Assembly (NCBI GenBank): GCA_964016885.1
Contig: OZ024742.1
Coordinates: 325,748,001 to 325,812,000 of the forward strand
DNA: 64,000 nucleotides
Direction of reading: 5' to 3'
Origin: Eledone cirrhosa
Lineage: Eukaryota
The first letter of the stretch is position 1; each line of letters begins with the position of its first letter. The notes under the pieces were generated by a model, which did no database searches, was not told the origin of the DNA, and worked only from the letters and a program-made list of their open reading frames with translations. A program made the translations under genes and the position numbers. Positions 1 to 14,431 of the stretch are shown here, piece by piece.

Positions 1-550
1 GCAGGAATTATATATAACACAATGTAATATAACATAATACATTATAATAATATATATTTACCAACATTAAAATTACAATTAAAATCAAAAGGTACAATAT
101 ATAGATGTATATATGTGCGCGCACACACACACACACACACATACAACAATACGCACATCTATGTTCAACTACACCAATTAAGCCTTATTAGAAGTTTGAA
201 TATAAAAATGAGCATGATAAGAGTGAAAATAATACCAATACATCTACCCAATATACATGAGACAATAATATGATATAATTACAAGAGACACATATAATAA
301 ATAATAAACAATAAAATTATATAATTCAATATAATATAATAGATAATCCCCGGTTAATTTACACAAACAATATAGATGTCACAATAATAATATAATGATA
401 ATATGTTAACAATGTACTAACATTTACAATAAACAATATATACAAATCGATTCATACTGGGTTACAGAGTAAATGAGGAAAAATAAATTATACAATACTC
501 AAAAAACACTATGATGGTACAGAAAAAATGATGATGGTACAGAAAAAAAT

Positions 551-733
551 ATACAGACATTTTACATGATATGTAAAGTCTAAATATCATAATGTTACAT
601 ATAATGAACAGTAAGTAATAAGGATCAATATTACAATATTACAAAAATACAGACATCTTACATGATATATAAAGTTTAAATATCATAATGTTACATATAA
701 TGAACAGTAAGTAATAAGGATCAATATTACAAT
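551..733 (+). repeat. Tandem duplication, ~96-bp period, 2 copies
   Basis: atacagacat..aaatatcataatgttacatataatgaacagtaagtaataaggatcaatattacaata occurs twice. Confidence 0.9.
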
Positions 734-1744
734 ACAATATAATATAATATATTATATAAAATAAATTGACATAAAATAATATATAAAATAATATATAAAT
801 ACTTATAATTACAAGGTTAGTAGACAGACATATGTGGATGTGTAAGTAAAGCCAGACAGTGAATAGTAAATAGAGTTTAAAAATATAGAATAAAATAAAT
901 AAATATAATCAACCGGAAATTACAAAACAAAAACAAATATATACACATTTAGGTCTCAAATGATGATAACAATAAGGTAGAAACTAAGGAAAACAATCAC
1001 TTTAATTGACTCAAAACCCTATTTAATAAATTAATATTAAAAATATTAAAACTATCCAATAAGGTAGTATAATATTAGCTGTAGTTTAAGTCAGTAAAGT
1101 TTATAAACTTTAATGTTTCGTTACAAATGTTTACAAAAAAGAATGACATTTTTTACTATCATATACATAACGATATCTAAAAAACTGACTTAAGTAGAAT
1201 TAAGTTAGGCTAATGGGGACAGAATTGAAGAAATATATGGAGGGTGCAAAGGGGCATAAAATATAGTCGATATACTATAATAAATAATAGAACAGAGCGT
1301 AAAAGAGGGGGGGTTAAATATAATCATAGTCAATCTGGAGGGGTTAACAATAAGTTTATGTGCGCATGGGGGGATGGGGGATGGGAGGGGGGTATCCAAA
1401 GATGAATCTGAATAAAATTAAAATTAAAAATAAAATTAAAAATAAAATTAATAATAAAAATAAAAATAAAGATAATAATAAAATAAAGTAAATGGCGTAA
1501 AGTGTGTAATCTTATATATATTAACAAGGTGTAATAGTGAAAACATAGATATGGTACAGTAGCCAAATGATTATGAGAGCTAGAATGAAGAGTCATCAAA
1601 AACCAATGGTAATAATGATGATAACAATAATGTTGGCAAACAAAAGAACCTAAACTAAAAAATAAGTAATGGAATATATCTGCTAATGGGTACAATTTGT
1701 ACTACTAGAACGTTTGGGTTTATAATACAAGTAAGAATTAGAAA

Positions 1745-1960
1745 TGGCGTGGGGGCAAGAAGAGAATATCTCAGACTTTCTATTAAGTAAGGATACGCTA
1801 GAGAAAATTATAGAGTGTGTCTCAAGGATACAGAGATTACAAAACTTAGTATGAGTAGGAAGGTGGTTACAGCGTGCTACTAAACGCCAGTTAAGGCTAT
1901 ATGGTATATAAGCTCCTTAAGATCCCAGATATAAAACTTTTGATGTATTAAAGGATTCTT
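1745..1960 (-). pseudogene. Degenerate C-terminus of a second Penelope-like GIY-YIG endonuclease
   Basis: Hand translation of the minus strand gives YIWDLK, then (other frame) YSLNWRLVARC..KFCNLCILETHSII..LLNRKSEIFSSCPH, matching the CxLCxxE..LLNxRSE..CxH ending of the 3534-5710 ORF. Confidence 0.7.
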
Positions 1961-2074
1961 TGTTTTAATCTTTTAATTTTTTGGCTCTGTTTAACTGCAT
2001 TGAGCTATATCTTTTACTGTCATTTCTATAATACGAAGAGGGTGTTTAACTCCAACATGCTCCAGTATTTTAAT

Positions 2075-2148
<74 letters not shown>

Positions 2149-2184
2149 TTAAAAGAATAGAGGTGTAACACACGAGTTGTGATG

Positions 2185-2754
2185 TATTGGTAAAAAGAAA
2201 AGAAAATGCTGACAAATTGTTCCCAGTGAAAAATAGTTTAATTAGGAATAAGTAAAAATTAGTAATATAATTGTTTCTACTTTAGGCACAAGGCCAGCAA
2301 TTACCCAGTGCACTACTGGGTACTTTATTTTATCGACCCAGTAAGGATGAAAGGCAAAGTCAACCTCGGCGGGATTTGAACTCAGATCGTAAAGAGACGT
2401 AACTATGCTGCAAAGCATGGCGTCCGACCCTCCACCGATACTGCCAATCCACCGCCCTAAAAATTAGTAATATAATAAGTATTGGTTAGTATTCAGCTTT
2501 GGTTATAAGTTTTTACCGGTTGCGCATTTCTAATGCTTTTCAAAAATAGTTTTGAGATAGAGCAGATTAGAGCTAACATCACGGGCGCTCTATCTCAAAA
2601 TTATTTTTGAAAAGCATTAGAAATGCGAAACCGGTAAAAACTTAAAACCAAAACTGAATACTAACCAATACTTATTACTAATTTTTACTTATTCCTAATT
2701 AAACTATTTTTCACTGGGAACAATTTAACAGCATTTCTTTTCCTTTTACCAATA
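2185..2754. repeat. Palindromic element (~170-bp arms) with a SINE inserted in the left arm
   Basis: 2185-2269 plus 2475-2563 is the reverse complement of 2587-2754; 23-nt loop; right arm contains GAAACCGGTA (2627-2636). Confidence 0.9.
2270..2457 (-). mobile_element. tRNA-derived SINE with target-site duplication
   Basis: Reverse complement of the SINE at 15610-15794; B-box GAGTTCAAATCC; flanking direct repeat taaaaattagtaatata(at) at 2253-2271 and 2458-2476. Confidence 0.9.
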
Positions 2755-2931
2755 TATATATATATATATATAAAATTTCAGGTTATCAATAATGTAGTGA
2801 TAATATATCGTTACGTTAGAGATGAACAGCGTACGTGCAGGTTTGCTCAACGAGTATAAATTATATTCCGGAGAAAATGTAGAAAGGATGAATATAAAAT
2901 GAAAGTGCTTTTTTTAAAAAGGAATTTATTA

Positions 2932-3052
2932 GGTATTGACATATGTTTCTGTAACAGACGGAATACCTATGTATCGCTGCTTGCGTAATAATATAATGTT
3001 AGCAAGTATTCGATAGCAAATGTATAATCAGTTGTCACTTCTTCAGAGATTT
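2932..3052 (-). ncRNA. Type I hammerhead ribozyme motif with extended stem II (stem I degenerate)
   Basis: Minus strand: CTGAAGA (3046-3040), agtgaca...tgttaca stem II, GAAAC-ATAT-GTC (2949-2938). Homologous to the 8026-8145 motif and its downstream tail. Confidence 0.65.
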
Positions 3053-3533
3053 TGGATAAATTGGATAAAATCAGAAAAATTGAAGTATTTATATTAGTAA
3101 TAGAGGAAGAAAAAGAGGGGATAGTATATGACAGATGGTAAATCAATTTACTGCTAAACAAGTATATAATGGGTTTCTAATGAGAATACCATGAGTAAAT
3201 GGTTCATTTTATCTAAATATGAATTTTTGGGAGTGCCAATTTTAATCTCTACTTGACCAATTGGACAGTGGACAGGGCTGGTCATTTGGTGTAGTAGTAT
3301 TAATTATAAAGTGTCAATTGGGGAAGGGGGAGATTTCGATTGCTACTGAATAACATCAATCTTAGTAGCCAGCTGGTATATGCATTAGGGAATTGAATCA
3401 AGAAATCAGAAATCTCATTTTATCTATAGCAGTTTATATTAAAAGGTAAATAATAGAAGAGTTGATAGAATTAAAACTAATAAAGAATGTTAATATCTAT
3501 TTTGACAATCAAACGGAGATAGAGACAGGCGTT

Positions 3534-5705
3534 CAATCCTGGTAGTATTTATAATATGAAAATGTAGATTTTAAGCGATGGTTACAGTATAACGATCGCT
3601 CTATTCTGTTATTTAATAAAATGTTTTTGGATTTCATAATACAAAATAATTCTACATTACATAATTTACAATATTCCTGTCCATGGGATATGGGGGGGGG
3701 GGGCACCCGCTATTATATCCCATTTTAGGTGAAATTGTTGGTTATTTTCACGCAGCTGCCAAGCCTTGTCTGCGAGTGTTGTTACATAACGCTGGTTTTC
3801 ATGTTTTATCGAGTAACGATGTCTATAAAGGCGTGATTTGAAGGAGGTGGCTGTAGATCCCACATAGTACCACTTCTGTCTATCCGATTCGATAGTACAT
3901 TTGTATATGATGTTGCGTTCAAGACACTGATTGTTCAACGGACACATTCCTGGTTGGACACAGTTGCAATTATAATTTTGCGTTGTTGTATTGTCATGGA
4001 TGGGTTGATGAGGTTGCTTATGTAGGACAGGATGTTGTTTGTTGTTTTGTGATGTTATAGCTAATGTTTTACGTGTATTGTTATGTGTTGGAAGGCGTTT
4101 ATACAACCGTTTTGCGTTAAGCTTTTTTATATGTTGTTCAATATTAGGGGCGGTTGAATATGAAAGTCGAATAGTGTTAGGGTTTAAGATTTTATTATAT
4201 TTATGTGATGTTGGAAAGTGTTTTTTAACTAATCGAAAGAAGTTTGAGGGTAGATTGGTTTTAATAGAGTTGTTATAGTCCGGGTTGTACCAAATATACT
4301 CCTTACATCGCCTTCTGTTTGGTGGTGTGCGACTATTATTGTGTCTATTGCGGTAGTGTATGTATGGTGGTGATTCTGTGCTATTTCTACTCCTATGGGA
4401 TTTATTTTCGGTGTTTTGGTGATTTTCGACTATATACTCTATATTATCTAGGTGACCAGCTTTCCTAAGTGCATCATCATAATATTCGGCATGTTCTTTG
4501 AAGGTTTGTTGGTTGGACGACAGGCGGGAGATTCTAAGAGAGACATTTCTAGGGATGGATTTAATTATAGAGAGTGGATGGTTAGAACTCGTATTTACAT
4601 ATTTAAGGTTCTCATTAAGTTTATGGAACGGTTTAATCGTATTAACGGTTCTCATTAAGTTTATGGAACGGTTTAATCGTATCTGTATTGAGATTCAAAG
4701 TAACATCAAGCAAATTGACCTCTTTGAGGTTATATTCAAATGTAATATTTAATCCTAGTTCCTTAAAAAGCTTTCTGATATTTTTACGCATCCTTTCTAA
4801 ATTCTGGTTATTCATATGCTTAACTAATAGGAGCGCATCGTCACGGTAGATTCCACCGTGGAGATCCTTGAATTTTCCTTGTAATATGTGGGTGATATAA
4901 ATTCCCACAAGATCTGTTACTTCCGCCGAATCATTAGAACCCATAGTGATATCAAAATTAGAAGGTCTATCTTTGCGAACCCAGTAGCTATCATCGAATT
5001 TAACTATAGTTTTCCTCGCTTCCATAATAATTTTAATTTCAGCATCCGTAAGGTCGGAATTATCCTTAGCGAACGAAAGAGCTTCATGTAGAGTATCAGG
5101 TGAAATTGAGGAATAATATTCATCAATATCAAACTGAATAAATTTTCATTTTTTCTTATCAGTAATGTTATTAATGCATCTTATTGTTTCATGAGTGTTA
5201 CCCCATAGTTTAATTTCTACTTTAACCTTAACTTGGGGGATAATTCTGTCTAGTATATATTTGCTAATTTTGCCTATATCAGATTTAGAGGGGCATATAA
5301 GTCTAATATTAGGGTTAGTATCGAAGTTTACCTTGTGGTCCTTCAGGTTGAAGGATGGTATAGCTGGTGTTAAGGGTTGCGTTCTATAGTCAATACAAAG
5401 TTTTTTTAACAATTTCACATGCCGAGTTGTTGATGTTTTTAAGTGTAGCTTCATTAGTTTTCCTGTATTTTTTATGCAATTCCTTACGGATGAAGTTATT
5501 GTAAGTGTCCACATCTATGGTATATACGTTTGGTGTTTTGTCTGCTCTAACAATAATTCCATTGGCGTTTTTTAGATTATTGAGCAGTGCCGTGATGTCA
5601 TTCTGTAGTTTATTGTTCTTCCGTTTTGTAAATTTGATCTCCATGATCATATCCATTAGGTCTTGTTCTAATGCATCCAAAAGTGGGTTTGGGGGTGGGT
5701 TCTTG

Positions 5706-5710
<5 letters not shown>
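3534..5710 (-). pseudogene. Penelope-like retroelement ORF (reverse transcriptase + C-terminal GIY-YIG endonuclease), 5'-truncated, frameshifted; Naiad-like by motif style
   Basis: ORF pieces 5390-5788, 5146-5514, 4642-5025 and 3666-4655 join into one PLE protein: ADKT, IRLICP, FIQFDIDEYYSSI (~5103-5143, read by hand), ITMGSNDSAEVTDLVG, GIYRDDALL, LLDVTLNL, WYNPDY, CNC..CPLNNQCL, NIIYKC..YYVGST..FKSRLYRH. After the G-run frameshift the frame continues CKLCNVELFCIMKSKNILLNNRIERSLYCNH..YQD* to ~3534. Confidence 0.92.
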
Positions 5711-5753
<43 letters not shown>

Positions 5754-5755
<2 letters not shown>

Positions 5756-5880
5756 CGAAGAAAATTGGTAAGGAACCAGATTGACCATAACGTAACAAAG
5801 TACTCAATACTTATGGTAGTAGAGTTGGTAATAGGAATAAGACGGCAGAGCTCAAGCCGTTTCGACGGCTATTTCTAGAC
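5754..5880 (-). repeat. (TA)n-associated short repeat family carrying an HHR 3' half (GAAACGGC-loop-GCCGTC)
   Basis: Same sequence family at ~9163-9235, 25369-25545, 30815-31002, 45961-46018, 46134-46260 and 63373-63447; each copy abuts a dinucleotide tract, usually (TA)n. Confidence 0.8.
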
Positions 5881-5899
5881 TGAATAAGAACTTTTACCC

Positions 5900-7520
<1,621 letters not shown>

Positions 7521-7553
7521 ATTACACAGACACATACACATATATATACATAT

Positions 7554-7617
<64 letters not shown>

Positions 7618-7822
7618 TATTTTTGCATATGCGTATATATATATACATATATATATATATATACATATATATATGTATGTGTGTGTGTGTGTGTATAGGT
7701 GTGTGCGTGTGTTCTTTAAATATACTTCTGCACATTTTCACCTTCACTTTTTAACTATATATATATATACATATATACATATATAGAAAGATTTGAATGG
7801 ATACAGTTTAGTTGAAAGGAAT

Positions 7823-7942
7823 TTATTGACAAGTGTTTCTATAACAGTTACATAACCTAAAACAGCTGCTATCTACAAACTTTTAGTTATGCAGACATTC
7901 AATATTTCAATGTTATTATTTACTGTCATTTCATCAGAATAA
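7823..7942 (-). ncRNA. Inverted copy of the 8026-8145 hammerhead motif (stem III loop ACTT)
   Basis: Mirror arm of the 7783-8185 palindrome: tcatcag at 7931-7937 and gacaagtgtttc at 7828-7839. Confidence 0.65.
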
Positions 7943-8025
7943 TATTACTGAGGACCTATTTAGTTTTTATAGAGAATATTAGGAGGGAGGGGTGAAGTTG
8001 TTAGAAGAATAGGTCCTCAGTAATA

Positions 8026-8145
8026 TTATTCTGATGAAATGACAGTAAATAATAACATTGAAATATTGAATGTCTGCATAACTAAAAGTTTGTAGATAGC
8101 AGCTGTTTTAGGTTATGTAACTGTTATAGAAACACGTGTCAATAA
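8026..8145 (+). ncRNA. Type I hammerhead ribozyme motif with extended stem II
   Basis: ttatt-CTGATGA(8031-8037)-aatgacagt...actgttata-GAAAC(8129-8133)-ACGT-GTC(8138-8140)-aataa: 5-bp stem I, 8-bp basal stem II, palindromic stem III loop. Confidence 0.75.
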
Positions 8146-8293
8146 ATTCCTTTCAACTAAACTGTATCCATTCAAATCTTTCTATTTTTCTCCGGATTAC
8201 TTTTGGAACTACAACTGGAACCGTCGAGCAAACTCTACGTGAGCTGATAATCTACTGTGTGTAATATTTATATTACAACACAACGGAAAATAC

Positions 8294-8407
<114 letters not shown>

Positions 8408-8928
8408 TACATATATATTTACCTCAGCTGCGTTCGTCTGTTTCTCTCTTACTGCTTCCCCGCTCTCTCTGTTTCTCTCACCTTCTTTCGCCCCCTCTAT
8501 CAGTTACACTTTATCTCGACTGACCTCTTCCTCACACTTCCACTCACTCACTCTCTGTTTCTTCCCTTCTCACTTCCTCCCATTTGGCTTGTAGTGGGTC
8601 TCTTCTTGCTTACTTCTCACACACATCCTCTCTCGCTCATGAAATCCACCCAGCTTCTGCTGATCGGACAAGGATGTTGCTTGTTTATTTTCCTATCTTC
8701 GGTTTGCTTTTATCCTTCTATGCTGTTTACTTGTCCCCCTCGCTTTACGCGAATTACTGGTCCCAATAACTTTTTTTAGTTATTGCTCGCACCAACCTGA
8801 GGTATCTGATTTTTAATGCAATGAAATACCAATGATGGTTGGAAAATCACTGACGAAGGACTATTTTTATCATATGTAACCCATGTGCAACCACGCAGTA
8901 TTGTTCTTTCTTGTCATGTTTTATATAA

Positions 8929-8965
<37 letters not shown>

Positions 8966-9603
8966 GAGAGAGAGTGAGTTAGAGAGAGAGATATATTTGT
9001 CTATAGAATTTTTTTCTTTCACCCGACAGAATTTTATATATGTTGTATTATATATAACCGGTTTCGATTACTACAATGATATTTTGTAATATTAAATATT
9101 AAATATTATGAAAATATTTTGTCATGTATTCTCTGAGTAGTTCGAATATATATATATATATATAGGAAAAAGTAAGACCCCGACGGCAGCGCTCGAGCGT
9201 TTTCCACGGCTACTTCAAGCCGTTTCGATGGCTATGTTCATATCAAATCCTCTAAGTCTTGCATCATGACCGGATGATGAAACTGGAAATCGGCACGGTG
9301 TTTCTGAGGAATTAAAATTTTGAAGAAGTTTCCATTCCATCCTTTTCTTGTTTTTAATGAATATTTAACTCCGTTCTGCATCAGCCACTAGATACCACAT
9401 CTACGATGGCTGATTTCTTATACGTCGAGTGTTTTTAATTATTGCATCAACGTTTACTAAGCGGAATCACCAGTTCTAGCAATTGGTAAAGAACATAACC
9501 AAAATGGCATATAAACTGTTTTCATTTTGCTACATACTTAGCAGGAATTACAATATTTGGACACACACATACACGCCTGTAAACATATGTATATATATAT
9601 ATT

Positions 9604-9634
<31 letters not shown>

Positions 9635-9637
9635 ATA

Positions 9638-9708
<71 letters not shown>

Positions 9709-10296
9709 GTGTGCGTGTGTGTGCGTGTGTGTGCTGTGTGTGTTCGGGTATGTGACAGTATGCCAATATTCAATACTCGTATCCTGTTAACAAATAGAAA
9801 CATATATGATACGACGACATAAGTAAATAAAATATAGTTTAATATATACATAACTGGATTACTTAAAAGCATCAATGAAAAAATACAAGCATGTAAAATA
9901 TATAAATCTGTAAACAAGTGACAAATTGTATAGTGAACAAATATGAGGAAATACGTTTTCATAATGTTTTACTATGAAAACTTGTTATTTTTTAGATAAA
10001 GTTATTTAACGTGATAATGTTTTAAAATTTTCTATTATCCATATATTATATGCATATATATATATACATATATATAGTGGTTGAACGCTGGATGGTAATA
10101 TCCGTAGTGGTAGAGCACTGAGTCCATGGGACTAGTTAGGTAGAAGTGGTTGGTTACACAACGGTTAGTTCACCATACCGAGGACAATTGTTTCATCTTA
10201 GCGGATCCTTCTATACATATATATATACACACATACACGCGCACGCACACACACACATATATATATATATATATGTATATATATGTATATACACAT

Positions 10297-10342
<46 letters not shown>

Positions 10343-10480
10343 ATATATACATATAGGTGATCATGTTTTATGTGATACTGACATTTTGTTTTTTTTTATT
10401 AAAAACTTGGCAAAAAGAGAAGGACGCCAGACTACATGGCTTTTATTATTGAATTCTAACGTATGCAAATGCACTCCAAT

Positions 10481-10633
10481 CATACTCCTTCCAGTGTGCC
10501 ACAGATACTTTATTTTATTAATCACGACATTCATACTCCTTCCAGTGTGCCACAGATACTTTATTTTATTAATCACGACATTCATACTCCTTCCAGTGTG
10601 CCACTCATACCTTATTTTATTAATCACGACATT
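10481..10633 (+). repeat. Minisatellite, 3 x 51 bp
   Basis: catactccttccagtgtgccacagatactttattttattaatcacgacatt repeated three times. Confidence 0.95.
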
Positions 10634-11021
10634 TAAATCTCCTGAAGTGAAGAGACGGCTACTAAATACTAAGTTTTATTCTATCGTCTTTAAATATTTT
10701 AAAGTTAGATGATGGTTATCGCAAAATTTGATACTGTAGGACTCACGCTTTCCTTATGATAATAGAGCATTCACATTCACACTTTTATGAACATACCTCT
10801 ATAAAATATCCTTCTTTCTGTGTGAATTATCAAAATAGCCAAGATTGATCAGTGGGTTAATGAAACAACTACATTTTAATTTAACGGAAACATGTATTTA
10901 TTTACTGAAATCTAATATTATCTATCATGAAATAACGATTTAATTTGAAGGTTTGAATTTAAATTTGAACACTGTAAAATTTCAGTTTTGGGAAGTTTAA
11001 AGAGTTAAGGAAATTAAAGTG

Positions 11022-11415
11022 ATGGATTGACAGAATCATTAGAGCATAGAGAAAATCGCTTTGCTGCATAAGTTTCGGATTTTTATGTTCTGAGTTGAAA
11101 TACAGCCGCAGAAAACTTTGTCATTCATATTTCCAATTCGATAAAATAAACTACCATTCAAGTACTGTGATGGTTTAATGGACTCTTCCATCTTCCTAAA
11201 TTGTTGGCATTGTGCATCAAATAGAAATCATTATTATTTCAAGAAAATGGCGATGGATTGGCAGTATCGGTGGAGAGTCGGACGTCATGCTTTGACGCAT
11301 AGAGTTACGGCCCTTGTCATTCTGAGTTCAAATCCCGCCGAGGTTAACTTTGCCTTTCATACTTACGGGGTCGATAAAATAAAGTACCAATAATGCACTG
11401 GTTAATTGCTGGCCG
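11022..11415 (+). mobile_element. Two adjacent tRNA-derived SINE copies (older ~11022-11230, younger ~11248-11415)
   Basis: ggcgatggattggcagtatcgg...ctgagttcaaatcccgccgagg...gtcgataaaataaagtacc; a diverged version lies immediately upstream. Confidence 0.8.
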
Positions 11416-13002
11416 TATTATTATTTCAAGAAAATTGAAGTTGCGTCAACGAGCAGATTGGCTAATCTTCAATGATGTTGCGTAAATATACCATCGCTAC
11501 ATTTCAGACATATTGCGTTCTCTATCTTGTTGATGAAGTTATAAATATGCCAGCCACTCAGATGGAATTACCATTCTCTCAATCAACCCTTTTCAAAAGC
11601 TTTAGAATAGTGTTATTTAGAATTGGAATACGACCCCTTATATACAGCGAAATTTTAGTGGTTTATATCATCTCCAAGACATAAATGCCTTTTATCATCC
11701 AGGGAGAATAAACGGCAAACTAAAGTTTTACGGGATTTCAAATCTGAATGAGAATGGAAAACGAGCATTCCCAGCTCGTCAGTCATTTATTAGATAAGAA
11801 ACAATATTTCTCCGATACGCGTCGATACTTTGTTGCTTACCAGAGAAACATATGTACATACTTTGAATTCAAAAACAAATCCAAATAAAACAAGGCAGTT
11901 ATAGAGAATTAGTACGATAAGCTATGGGAAAGCTAATCCCCATCAAGCGGCGGTATATTCTAACATTTGTACCTGTGTTATGTAATCAATCTTCTTAAGA
12001 TCACCAATTAGAAAACATCAACATTTAGTCATTTCTGTACCATAGAAAATATGAATAAAGTGGGTGTTTACATACAATATGCTAATGTTAATATCTCAAG
12101 TAACAAATTAATCCGTGTTGGATTACTGCATCATGCAACAATCTTCACATCGTCACGCCATATTAACCTATTTCCCTTTGTAAAATCTGCTTGGTGAAAG
12201 GGCGTTGTTTTAGCAGAGTCGTTAAAGTGGTATTTGTTCAGATTATTTACGTTCTGATATCAGATCTTCCCAGAGAAATCTTCGATTTCATCGTTTTGGT
12301 TCAATACTTCAGTTAAATGTTGGAAGAAATATCGTCTGTTCACCTCCCTGATTTTATATTAGAAACAATTAACATAATGTTCGAAATTAAAGTGTGTTTG
12401 ACAGGAAATGTATGGAGTGGTGCACAACATACATTGTGGCAACCAATTACGCCACTTTAGGTAGCAAGTTTTGAATAAAATACCGGGAAAGCTAAAATGA
12501 ATAGTTTTTACCACATTTATGTTTTTGTATATATATATATTGTGAGATATTTATATTAAAACCAAAGAAAATAAAGTGCGTTTACAAGGAAAACTCAAGT
12601 AAAATATTAATTTTATCCACAGATAGAGATTGAGGGAAAATGACAGGAGGACCTGAGTTTAAGTCAACGAGAGAACTAAAGAGAGATTAGATTTTATTGG
12701 ATTATTTATTGTAGTAACCAGATATCTCCATAGAAACATACATATATTAGCTCAACGAATATTATTAAGAGAAACAGGTCCATGCCGTTTACTGTCAACT
12801 TAGCATATTAGCATGCCAAGAAAAAAAGAACAAAAACAAACGCAAATCAATAAAGTTAATTTCACATGTTAAACAATCATTAATTTAGTGATTAATGTTT
12901 AATGCAGTGAGGAATGTTATGTGAAATGCTTCTGTAGTGAGGAAAAACAAATAACATAGATAAAGGTATTTATTTAATTCGGAAAACAATAGATGAAAGT
13001 TA

Positions 13003-13400
13003 ATTGGCAGTATCGGTAGAGGGTCGGACGTCATGCTTTGCAGCAAAGAGTTACGGCCGTTTATGGTCGGAGATCAAATCCCGCTGAGGTCAACGTTGCC
13101 TTTCATCCTTACAGGGTCGATACAATAAAGTACCAGTAATGCACTGGATAATTGTTGGCCTTGTGCCAAAAGTAGAAACAATTATTTTATAAATAAACAG
13201 ATGGCAGTGGATTGGCAGTATGTGTATAGCATCGGAGAAAATGCTATGCGATATATAGTTACGGCCCTTTAAACATCGGAGACCATGCTTTGCGATATAT
13301 AGTTACGGCCCTTTACGTTCGGAGTTTAAATCCCCCTAAGGTTTGCTTTGCCGTCAGTGTTACCAGGTCGATGAAATACAGCACCAGTAACGGACTGAGA
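13003..13400 (+). mobile_element. Two adjacent tRNA-derived SINE copies (~13003-13183 and ~13203-13400)
   Basis: Same SINE consensus; the second copy has an internal ~41-bp duplication. Confidence 0.85.
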
Positions 13401-14061
13401 TGGAGTTAATTCCCCTTTCCTTCAAATTGCAACAATTATAAATACACAGCCACATTTGAATACACAGCCACATGAAATGGGTTGATTCTCGCATTTAATA
13501 TAAATACTGGTTGTATTATAATATAGTTAAATATATCAAAGGTCTCAAATGACAGTTTCTTCATCAATCAAAGCCAAATGATATGGTGTATCTACATCAT
13601 TTGTTACACTGGCTTAACTGACATTTAATGCAGTTTGTAGTTAATATTGAAGATAAACAGATAAGATATATCGACAGTAGTCCGAAAATGAATTGAACCC
13701 TTGTGTGTGTTTTGTGATTAGTTTATGTATCTGATCTGTTATTAATGATTCAGTGACACATTGGCATATATAATGTATAAACAAGCCAATAAAATAAAGT
13801 TTACGCTACTTTAAACTCTTTAACCGACGATGTGAGGGATACTTGACGAATGGTTTGCATCTTCTTCATAAAGACATACATTGCAGTAAGGGGAGCACCA
13901 CTAAGTGAAAACCGATTTTCTCAAACAATCCTTTTATAAGCTTTAAGTGTGAACTTGAAGTGAGACAAACGTGCAAATTTAGCGTGAAGGGGCAGTTGTT
14001 CAACCCAAGGCTTGACTCGGGTGTCAAATAATGTATGAATCCTGAGAGAAGGTAGTGAATG

Positions 14062-14125
<64 letters not shown>

Positions 14126-14353
14126 CATGTATCTGAGCATGTGTATGTATAATACATAAGCAAATGTCATCCGGAAAAATAAAATGCACTAAATAATAGT
14201 ATTTAGTTCAAGGTGTGATCTTGATGTAAAGAGATTTTCATGTTTCGGACGATAGTGTTTCATCGGAGTGAAAAGATGATCTTTGTGCCTGAGAAGTAAA
14301 AGGAGGGAGAAGATTCTATAAAAGAAGTAAAGGAGATAACAAGCGAATAGAAT

Positions 14354-14431
<78 letters not shown>

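Larger units (their letters stand above)
2772..5710 (-). mobile_element. Penelope-like element including 3' UTR/pLTR region with HHR, bounded by (TA)n on both sides
   Basis: ORF above, an HHR motif at 2938-3046 on the same strand downstream of the stop, and (TA)n tracts at ~2752-2772 and ~5708-5753. Confidence 0.7.
7783..8185. repeat. Near-perfect inverted repeat, 178-bp arms, 47-nt spacer
   Basis: 7783-7960 is the reverse complement of 8008-8185; one mismatch seen. Confidence 0.95.

Noticed and set aside
3534-4000. Selenocysteine recoding/SECIS as known for some Naiad PLEs
   Set aside because: The conserved cysteines here are read as ordinary Cys codons, and I could not identify a SECIS.
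8008-8185. Initially read as a decayed RT coding fragment
   Set aside because: Frames are broken by stops; the hammerhead fold with covariation explains the conservation better.
8851-8900. CTGACGA possible hammerhead core (similar isolated cores at ~20366 and 50641)
   Set aside because: No matching stem II/GAAAC/NUH downstream; expected by chance.
10481-10633. CRISPR-like or coding 17-aa repeat
   Set aside because: Contiguous repeats without unique spacers, in eukaryotic context; an ordinary minisatellite.
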